Of a stretch of DNA of 64,000 nucleotides, positions 49,210-56,877 are shown piece after piece. The DNA lies in NCBI GenBank assembly GCA_036769565.1, contig DAIPKW010000001.1, positions 44,416 to 108,415 on the forward strand, written 5' to 3'. The position numbers and the translations under genes are program-made. Position 1 is the first letter of the stretch, and each line of letters begins with the position of its first letter. The notes beneath the pieces were generated by a model. It worked only from the letters and a program-made list of their open reading frames with translations, did no database searches and had not been told where the DNA came from. This DNA is from Thermodesulfobacteriota bacterium. Its GTDB lineage: Bacteria; Desulfobacterota; BSN033; UBA1163.

Positions 49210-49330
49210 GTATTGCAAAAGTGACTAAAGTTAAAAGTGAGCCAAAGTGTCTAAAGTGATACCGATCTCAAAATTTTAAGCATTTTAGTCATTTTAGTCA
49301 CTTAAAACTTTAGTGCCTAAAGTGTCTCAT
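49210..49330. repeat. Repeat-rich purH-purD intergenic region (AAAGTG/CACTTT direct and inverted repeats)
   Basis: Four AAAGTG units on one side, and inverted AGTGACTAAA/TTTAGTCACT and TTTTAGTCA x2 on the other. Can fold as a long imperfect hairpin. Confidence 0.5.
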
Positions 49331-50872
49331 TCCAGTAAAGACCATGGCGATGTTATATTCGTCAGCGGCTGCAATCACTTCATCATCTCGAATCGAACCA
49401 CCGGGTTGGATGATCGCTGTAGCGCCTGCCTCTGCTCCAGCATCCACGCCATCCCTGAAAGGAAACATCGCATCCGAAGCCAGTACTGTGCCTTTGGTTG
49501 AGGACTGCGCCTTCATCTTGGCCAAGCGAGTTGAATCAATCCGACTCATCTGGCCTGCCCCTATGCCAATGGTCCGATCTTCTCTAACCAAGACAATGGC
49601 ATTTGACTTGACATGCTTAGCCACCTTCCATCCAAAGGCCATGGCCCTCTTCTCTTCTTCTGTTGGTTTCCTTTTCGTAACGACCTTCCACTGTTCCATT
49701 GGAACTTTACCAAGATCCCGGTCCTGGACCAGAAGCCCACCCACCACCTTTTTGAAATCGAATCCCTTTTGAAGAACATAGGAAGACAGGGGTGGTGTTT
49801 GAAGGATACGAAGGTCTTTCTTTGCCTTAAGAATCTCCAAGGCTTCTGGATCAAATCCCGGAGCAATGATCGCTTCAAGGAAGATCGGAAGCATCTCCTT
49901 TGCCGTCTCTGGATCAACTGGCCGGTTGAACCCGACAATACCCCCAAATGCTGAGACTGGGTCACAGTCTCTTGCTTTTTTATAGGCATCAACCAGTCCC
50001 GTTAAAGAGACGGCCACGCCACATGGATTATTATGTTTGATGATGACCACAGCCGGCTCTTCAAACTCCTTGACCGTTTCATAAGCAGAATCAAGGTCGA
50101 GAATATTGTTATAAGAGAGCTCTTTCCCCTGAAGCTGGACAGCATTGGACACAGAGGGTTCAGTCAATAAATATTCGCGATAGAAAGCCGCCTTCTGGTG
50201 TGGATTCTCCCCATAGCGGAGTTCCTGCGCCTTCTTCACTTGAAATGTGAATGTTTCCGGAAATTCATAAACCTTCTTGTCTTTTTCGATCTGCCCGAGA
50301 TAATTGGAAATCGCCCCGTCATAGCGTGCCGTATGTTGGAATACTTTTCTTGCCAACCGGAAATTGGTCTCAAGGGAAACCTCCCCTTTCTCCTTCAATT
50401 CAGAGAGAATTGTCTCATAATCACTCGGATCCACCACAACCGTCACATCCGGATAATTCTTTGCTGCTGACCGGAGCATGGTTGGCCCGCCGATATCAAT
50501 ATTTTCGATGGCATCTTCGAGACTGCAATCCTCCTTTGCTACAGTTGCTTCAAAGGGATAAAGATTGACCGCCACCAGGTCAATAGGAAGGATACCATGC
50601 TCTTTCATCTTTGCAACATGTTCCGGCTTCGATCTCTGGCCCAAAAGCCCTCCATGGACTTTCGGATGAAGGGTCTTCACCCTGCCATCCATCATCTCTG
50701 GAAACCCTGTAAGTTCCGAGATGTCTTTTACCAGAATCCCATTCTCTCTCAATGTTTTGGCTGTCCCTCCGGTCGAAAGGATCTCCACACCCATCTCTGC
50801 CAGACCTTTGGCAAATGAGACCACCCCTGTCTTATCCGATACACTGACAATCGCCCTTTTGATCTGACCCAT
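49310..50872 (-). CDS. purH: Bifunctional AICAR transformylase / IMP cyclohydrolase
   Basis: MGS-like N-terminal domain [10 protein letters not shown] plus the AICARFT domain. 520 aa. Confidence 0.9.
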   Translation of the reverse strand: MGQIKRAIVSVSDKTGVVSFAKGLAEMGVEILSTGGTAKTLRENGILVKDISELTGFPEMMDGRVKTLHPKVHGGLLGQRSKPEHVAKMKEHGILPIDLVAVNLYPFEATVAKEDCSLEDAIENIDIGGPTMLRSAAKNYPDVTVVVDPSDYETILSELKEKGEVSLETNFRLARKVFQHTARYDGAISNYLGQIEKDKKVYEFPETFTFQVKKAQELRYGENPHQKAAFYREYLLTEPSVSNAVQLQGKELSYNNILDLDSAYETVKEFEEPAVVIIKHNNPCGVAVSLTGLVDAYKKARDCDPVSAFGGIVGFNRPVDPETAKEMLPIFLEAIIAPGFDPEALEILKAKKDLRILQTPPLSSYVLQKGFDFKKVVGGLLVQDRDLGKVPMEQWKVVTKRKPTEEEKRAMAFGWKVAKHVKSNAIVLVREDRTIGIGAGQMSRIDSTRLAKMKAQSSTKGTVLASDAMFPFRDGVDAGAEAGATAIIQPGGSIRDDEVIAAADEYNIAMVFTGMRHFRH

Positions 50873-50906
50873 CTCTTAACCCCCCTTATAATTTCGGATT
50901 GCATAA

Positions 50907-50949
50907 CCCCTCCTCTCCTTCCCTTAACCTAAGGGGAGGTAGGGTGGGG
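50907..50949. other. Long imperfect hairpin, pyrimidine-rich arm against purine-rich arm
   Basis: CCCCTCCTCTCCTTCCCTT-aacct-AAGGGGAGGTAGGGTGGGG. A stem of about 19 bp with 3 mismatches, between the LUD-domain gene and purH. Confidence 0.4.
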
Positions 50950-50974
50950 TTACTTCAATTTTAAATCTGCAATT

Positions 50975-51616
50975 TTAAAAACCTAGCTGCTCTCCAACAA
51001 TTATAATTAACACATCCGTCAAGGATGGCCTTCTCTCATGAATGACAATGACCCTACAGATCCTATTAGGAGAGTTGCAATCCACACATCTTCCAACCTT
51101 TGCACAGGGCACATCAATATTGAGTCGTCTCGCATTGAGTGGAGCGGACACATTCTTGATTCTCTTGATCGCCTCCTCTACGTTCTCGATGATCTTGTTA
51201 TAACCCGCTACCAGAATGACCTTGCCTGGACCAAAGACCGAGGCATTAACTCGATTTCCAATCCCATCAATATTGACCAGCTCCCCGTTCAGGGTGATGG
51301 CATTAACACTACTCAGGAAGAGATCACAGGTCATCTGTGCTTTGCGAATTTGTAAAATTTCCTCCTTCGAAAGTCCTGGTTTCCAGTGATTATAGACAAC
51401 ATTTCCCTGGCCTTCGAGTCGTTCCACAATTCCCAACTCTCTGACAGTCACTGAACCGCCCACACCGACCTTCTGCTGAGGAACGACATACTTCCAAATC
51501 TCTTCGGTTGCCTCCTTCTTATCCTTCACAAAGATCGCCTTAAAATCATGAGCCTCCAATCTCTCAATAGCCCTCTTGACTCGTTCCTCGATCCACCATT
51601 GCTTAATAGGGTCCAT
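50975..51616 (-). CDS. LUD domain protein (LutC/YkgG family)
   Basis: 213 aa. LUD-domain-like central region (VGVGGS...). 10 bp downstream of glnA, so likely co-transcribed. Confidence 0.5.
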   Translation of the reverse strand: MDPIKQWWIEERVKRAIERLEAHDFKAIFVKDKKEATEEIWKYVVPQQKVGVGGSVTVRELGIVERLEGQGNVVYNHWKPGLSKEEILQIRKAQMTCDLFLSSVNAITLNGELVNIDGIGNRVNASVFGPGKVILVAGYNKIIENVEEAIKRIKNVSAPLNARRLNIDVPCAKVGRCVDCNSPNRICRVIVIHERRPSLTDVLIIIVGEQLGF

Positions 51617-51626
51617 TCTTCCCTCC

Positions 51627-52958
51627 TTACAAAACCGAAAAATACTGCTCTAACTCATAGTCTGTGACGCGGGAGCGGTAACGCTCCCATTCGACCTTCT
51701 TATTCTCAATAAACTTATAGAAGACTTCGTCTCCGAGGGCTCTTCGTACCAGATCACTTTTCTCCGTGACCTGAATCGCTTCCCAGAGGTCCTCTGGTAG
51801 GGTTTCAATCCGATGTCTCCTTCTCTCTTTTTCGGTCATCTCATAGACATTTCTCTCCACCGGATCTCTTAAAGGATACTTCTTCTCGATCCCCTCTAGC
51901 CCAGCCGCCAACATCACAGAGAAGGCTAAATAGGGATTGCAGGCCGGATCTGGGCACCGGTATTCCACACGGGTCGCAAGCTCCTTTCCTGGTTTGTAGA
52001 CGGGGATTCGGATGAGATCGGAGCGGTTCTTCTGTGCCCAAGAGATATAGACCGGCGCTTCGTAACCAGGCACCAACCGCTTATAGGAGTTTACCCATTG
52101 ATTGGTAACCAGGGTGATCTCACGGGCATGCTTCATCAGTCCGGCAATATAATGTTTGGCGACATCGGATAGATGATACTTATCTTTCGGATCGAAAAAG
52201 GCATTCTTACTTCCTTTAAAAAGAGACTGATGTGTATGCATCCCACTTCCGTTGATTCCAAAAACAGGTTTAGGCATGAAACTGGCATATACACCATTCT
52301 TTAGAGCTACCTCTTTGACGACCAATCGGTAGATCATCGTATTATCGGCCATCGTTAAGGCATCTGTATACTTTAAATCAATTTCATGTTGACTGGGTGC
52401 GGCTTCATGGTGGCTGTATTCAACTTGGATGCCCATCTCTTCCAGGACCATAACAGCCTGTTTGCGGAGGTCGCTTGCCACATCAAGAGGGGTCAAATCG
52501 AAATAGCCTCCTGAATCGAGAAGCTCTGGCTTGCCCGAAGAATTCCTAAAATAGAAAAACTCCAGCTCTGGGCCTACGTTAAAGGTGTATCCCATCTTTT
52601 GAGCCCTCTCCAGATTCCTCTTTAACACCCAGCGAGGATCACTCTGATAAGGTTTCCCATCGGGCTGTAGGATGTCGCAGAACATGACCGCCACCACATG
52701 GTCATTTGCCTTCCAGGGGAAAATCCTGAAGGTAGATGGATCAGGCTTGGCCACCATATCGCTTTCATCAATCCTTGCAAAACCGGCCACAGAGGAGCCG
52801 TCAAACCCCATTCCGTCTTCAAGAGCTGATTCTAATTCGCGAATGGTGATCGCAAAGCTCTTCAAAAAGCCGAGGATATCGGAGAACCATAGCCTGACAA
52901 ACCTGACCTTCTTCTCCTTTGCAATCCTCAGAACATCCTCTCTACTTAATTTAGCCAT
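51627..52958 (-). CDS. glnA: Glutamine synthetase, type I
   Basis: 443 aa with GS beta-grasp and catalytic domains. AGAGGGGGA RBS. Confidence 0.9.
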   Translation of the reverse strand: MAKLSREDVLRIAKEKKVRFVRLWFSDILGFLKSFAITIRELESALEDGMGFDGSSVAGFARIDESDMVAKPDPSTFRIFPWKANDHVVAVMFCDILQPDGKPYQSDPRWVLKRNLERAQKMGYTFNVGPELEFFYFRNSSGKPELLDSGGYFDLTPLDVASDLRKQAVMVLEEMGIQVEYSHHEAAPSQHEIDLKYTDALTMADNTMIYRLVVKEVALKNGVYASFMPKPVFGINGSGMHTHQSLFKGSKNAFFDPKDKYHLSDVAKHYIAGLMKHAREITLVTNQWVNSYKRLVPGYEAPVYISWAQKNRSDLIRIPVYKPGKELATRVEYRCPDPACNPYLAFSVMLAAGLEGIEKKYPLRDPVERNVYEMTEKERRRHRIETLPEDLWEAIQVTEKSDLVRRALGDEVFYKFIENKKVEWERYRSRVTDYELEQYFSVL

Positions 52959-53055
52959 AAGTTCCCCCTCTGATTAAGAATTGAACGAATCCTGTATGAC
53001 GGATTGGTCTCTCCTAAAGATTGAAAATACTCTGGAGACCTGGATCAGGGTTACG

Positions 53056-53076
53056 GCTACGAAGCCCGTATCGTTC
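53056..53076 (-). promoter_or_regulatory. Copy 2 of the CGATACGGGCTTCGTA motif, sense to glnA
   Basis: On the minus strand gaaCGATACGGGCTTCGTAgccgtAACCCT sits about 100-115 nt upstream of the glnA ATG. Confidence 0.45.
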
Positions 53077-53236
53077 ATAAAAGGTTAGGTCCAAGGTCTT
53101 TAACTCTTTTCTATACGGAACGTTACCGATAACCGAAACAGGCATCATAACCTTTGCCGTCATAAAAAACCCTTTACTTCCAATTAGACTCTGTCCATAA
53201 ACTAATTTTTCCAAGAAAGGTATCATTTCGGCGAAA

Positions 53237-53285
53237 CCCGGAATCCAGTTCTCTCAAGGACTTCTGGATGCCGGATCAAGTCCGG
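53237..53285 (-). promoter_or_regulatory. Mutually exclusive hairpins in the putative glnA leader
   Basis: On the minus strand CCGGActtgaTCCGG overlaps the 5' arm of a larger hairpin TCCGGcATCCAG-15 nt-CTGGATtCCGG. It is not followed by a strong U-tract. Confidence 0.3.
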
Positions 53286-53418
53286 AATGACGGACAAACT
53301 GAATTTATAAACAGAAACTAATTAAAGATAGAACAGGTTTAGCATAATCCCCCTTCTCGGGTCAACCCCAATGTCTTCCAATTGACAATGATTCACCTTT
53401 TTTGTAAATTAAGTCCAA

Positions 53419-54147
53419 ATGGCTAAGAAAGGAGTTCCCACATTGCTTTACAAAAAGACTTCCTACAAACAGCAGATCAAGGCCCTCACTGAAATCAGCA
53501 AGGCCATCTCGTCAGATAGGTACCTTGATGATATTCTAAAACTGATCGTGACAGTCACGGCCAATGTGATGGACTCAAAGATCTGCTCTCTCTGGCTTCT
53601 CGATGAGAAAGAGAAGGCTCTCAAAATCCGAGCCACCCAAACCATGAGCGAGGAATATCTGAAAGAGAGGAGCCTAAAATTGGGTGAGGGTGTTGTAGGC
53701 TATGTGGCCCAGACCAAAAAACCCCTGGCCATCCTCGATGTCCTCAAAGAGCCCCGGTATAAGGAGAAAGAGTTGGCAAAAAAGGAAGGTCTGGTCTCCA
53801 TGCTGAGCGTCCCTCTTGCCATTAAGGATAAGGTCATCGGCGTGATCAACTGCTATACCTCTTATCCTCATCAATTTACCGAAGCAGAACAAGACATGCT
53901 TACGGCAGTTGCCAGTCAAGCCGCCATCTGTATTGAGAGTACGGAGTTGATGGTAAAAACTAAGGTGATCCAAGAGGAATTGGAGGTTCGAAAACTGATC
54001 GAAAGAGCAAAGGGTATTCTGATGAAACGGCAGGGGCTGAGCGAAGAGGAAGCCTTCAAACGGATCCGCAAGGCGAGCATGGATAGCCGAAAAACGATGC
54101 GCGAAATCGCCGAAGCCATCCTCCTCACCGACAAAATGGGTGGGTAG
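53419..54147 (+). CDS. GAF plus ANTAR domain RNA-binding antitermination regulator
   Basis: N-terminal GAF-like domain and the C-terminal ANTAR motif EVRKLIERAKGILMKRQGLSEEEAFKRIRKASMDSRKTMREIAEAIL. Confidence 0.8.
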   Translation: MAKKGVPTLLYKKTSYKQQIKALTEISKAISSDRYLDDILKLIVTVTANVMDSKICSLWLLDEKEKALKIRATQTMSEEYLKERSLKLGEGVVGYVAQTKKPLAILDVLKEPRYKEKELAKKEGLVSMLSVPLAIKDKVIGVINCYTSYPHQFTEAEQDMLTAVASQAAICIESTELMVKTKVIQEELEVRKLIERAKGILMKRQGLSEEEAFKRIRKASMDSRKTMREIAEAILLTDKMGG

Positions 54148-54228
54148 TGAAAATAGCTCCTGACATTGGATATACGACAAAGAAAGAGATGTCATCCGTC
54201 TGTCATCCATAAAGTAAACCTCGCTTAT

Positions 54229-54309
54229 TCCCACCCTAAAGACGGGGCTTTTCTTCATCCTTGGATTTGAAATTGCCTTCATCCCCAGTCTAAAGACTGG
54301 GGCTTTCGG
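54229..54309 (+). other. Two tandem copies of a CCC...CTAAAGAC...GGGGCTTTC unit. The second is a perfect 8-bp hairpin
   Basis: cccaccctaaagacggggcttttc and ccccagtctaaagactggggctttc. Possible terminator or attenuator between the ANTAR gene and the UPF0261 gene. Confidence 0.4.
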
Positions 54310-54508
54310 GATTATACGGAGTGATGTTCTGTAATGGTTGTTTGACACTCTTCAAAAGAACCCACCACGGGCTATTTAAGATGATAGCTCCTGTTTCCAA
54401 TGCAACAACGGGCTTAACTTGCCACCTTCCTTCTCTAAGAGGAACACAGGACAGAGTTGACAACCAGAAATAACCTGGGGTATAGAAATCGCTAAAAAGG
54501 AGAAAAAG

Positions 54509-55710
54509 GTGAAAACAATTGCCATCCTTGGAACTCTAAACACCAAGAGAGAAGAAATTAACTATATTAGAGAGAGAATCATAGAGAAGGGCCATCAAGC
54601 GATCATCGTCGATCTCAGCCTCAATCTATGGGATACATCTTCCTTTAGATCCGATATAGGCCAGCAACAGATAGCCGACGAGAGCGGGATGAAATTGGAG
54701 GAATTAACCTCAATGGCTCAAGAGGAGGCGTGCACCGTCGTTATCAAGGGTGCTACCAGCCTCGTGGGTAAACTTTACCGGTCCGGGAAATTGAACGGTA
54801 TTCTGGCGCTCGGTGGCACAGTAGGAACGTCAATGGGTTGCGCTGTGATGAGAAGTTTACCATTGGGTATCCCCAAATTGATGGTCTCAACTTTTGTTAG
54901 CGATATCCGACCATTTGTAGGCAATAAAGATATTGTCTTTTTTCCATCGAACATTGATATGTTCGGGCTGAACCATATCTCCAAAAGGCTTCTGGCCAAA
55001 GCTGCAGGGGCTATTGTAGGGATGGTCGAAGCCGATACAGTTCCTTTCACGCTGAAAAACCCATCATTGGGATGTCAGTGCGTGGTGATAAGGCCCCATG
55101 TGTTGATAGGGTAAAGTCTCTGCTTGAGAAGAACGGATTTGAAGTGATCTGTTTCCACGCCGTGGGCCAGGGGTTGCTCTTGGAAGAATTGGTAAGGGAA
55201 GGGATCATTGGAGGTGTATTAGACCTCGTCCCAGCTGAAGTGAATGAGTACCTCTTTGGAGGAATGTTCAGCGCTGGTCCAGAGCGTTTAGAGGCGGCGG
55301 CTAAAAGGGGAATCCCCCAGCTGATTAGCACAGGTGGGATAGAATTCGTCTGTTTTCCAGACGAAAAGGTTATTCCACCACCGTTTAGAAAACGAAAGAG
55401 GAGAGCTCATAACCCCAATGTCATTGCGGTCTGGCTGAATAAAAAGGAGATGATCCAGGTAGCTAAGGTAATGGCAGAAAAGTTGAACCTGGCTAAGGGC
55501 CCAACAGCCGTGATCATTCCAATGAAAGGCTTCGGTGGAGGGGGTTGGACCATCGATCCAAAACTGATTCCCGTCTTGATCAGCACCCTTAGGGAAGAAC
55601 TAAAACCTGAGATCGAAGTGATGGAAGTCGATGCCCACATCAATGACAGCTCCTTTGCCAATGCAGCTGTAGAACTCTTTCTTAAGTTGATGAACAAAAC
55701 GAAAGAATGA
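54509..55710 (+). pseudogene. UPF0261 (Tm-1-like ATP-binding) family gene split by a +1 frameshift near 55070
   Basis: The 54509-55114 frame ends ...TLKNPSLGCQCVV.... The 55072-55710 frame continues MSVRGDKAPCVDR.... Together they make about 400 aa, the normal length. A single-base indel in ttgggatg restores ...SLGMSVRGDK... Confidence 0.6.
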
Positions 55711-55862
55711 GGGGATTGCAATAGGCTTCATTTTATATCCTCAGAATCAAGGACCCTAATAAAATTAGGAACGTCCGTGAAGTTCTATTCTTCTTGTGTG
55801 CCACCCCCGAATTATCAACAATTAATGATTTTTGAAATTGACGTCTTTGATAGGTAAACAGG

Positions 55863-56753
55863 GTGAGGAATAAAATGGATGATTCCATCTTTAAAGGGTT
55901 TCGAGAGATAAATCGCCAACATTTCCACCAAATCTGGAAAAAGGCTCAAAAAGGCGAGTTACAGACCTTAACTGAGGAGGAGCAGCGCATCGGAAAAATT
56001 ATGCTTGACCATTCTGATGAGTATTTCAATCAGTTTGAATTCGCTGATGTCCTGGCTGATCACCAATATGATCCTGAGACGGAAACGAACCCTTTTTTAC
56101 ACGTTGCCATCCACGCCGTTGCGGAGAAGCAGGTTCAGGATCGTGACCCCATCGAAGCATTCCAATTCTATAATGCCATGCTCCATAACAAATGCAGTCG
56201 GCATGATGCCATTCATCTTCTCGGAGACATCCTGATAAGATTTACCCATTATGTCCTGAAAGAGAATAAGCCCTTTCCACTCAACCGCTACTGTAAAACC
56301 TTGAAAGAACTAAAATCCAGGAAACCGGAAAAGATCCCTCAACTTCTGGAAGATATCGAGTTTTATGAAGAACAACAGGAGTATGGAAAAAGTGGATCGA
56401 ATCCCAAAATCGAAAGGTTTTTGGCCCAATTAAAGCGAAAACATCCTCACCTTCGGGCTTACGAAGAGGATGACCTCGACTGGTGGGAAGATGGAATGAC
56501 GATGTTGGAATTGGGTGATTTGAAAGGAGCTGAGAAAAAATTTGAACAACTCATCCTTGCAGAGCCCGAACACCATGATGGTTATGAAGGACTTGCGATG
56601 GTCTATCAAAGAAAAGGCAAAAAGGAAGAAGCTCTCCTTCTTATCGAACATGCCCTCACCTTGGCAAAAGGATTCTTTGAAGACGGGACACTGGATCAAG
56701 AAATTCTTGATGAGATGGAGGAGAAAAAGCAAAAGATCTTTAAAATGAAATAG
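55863..56753 (+). CDS. Hypothetical protein with a TPR-like helical C-terminus
   Basis: 296 aa, acidic, helical repeats near the C-terminus. Confidence 0.5.
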   Translation: MRNKMDDSIFKGFREINRQHFHQIWKKAQKGELQTLTEEEQRIGKIMLDHSDEYFNQFEFADVLADHQYDPETETNPFLHVAIHAVAEKQVQDRDPIEAFQFYNAMLHNKCSRHDAIHLLGDILIRFTHYVLKENKPFPLNRYCKTLKELKSRKPEKIPQLLEDIEFYEEQQEYGKSGSNPKIERFLAQLKRKHPHLRAYEEDDLDWWEDGMTMLELGDLKGAEKKFEQLILAEPEHHDGYEGLAMVYQRKGKKEEALLLIEHALTLAKGFFEDGTLDQEILDEMEEKKQKIFKMK

Positions 56754-56877
56754 CGTGTATGTGAATGCCAAAAGGAGTTCAGAGGCCTTTGTGGATATGG
56801 AGGGATTTTCGTAAAAGAATTTGATTTTACCCTATTAAACATATTAAACATAAAAATACCCAATGAAATCCATTTGA

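Noticed and set aside
52959-53418. A glutamine riboswitch (glnA RNA motif) upstream of glnA
   Set aside because: I could not find the conserved E-loop and pseudoknot sequence signature by eye. A covariance-model search would be needed.
54229-54309. The tandem hairpin units as canonical ANTAR dual-hexaloop targets
   Set aside because: The loops are TAAA-type, not hexaloops with A1/G4, and only the second unit forms a clean stem. They are kept only as a possible terminator or attenuator.
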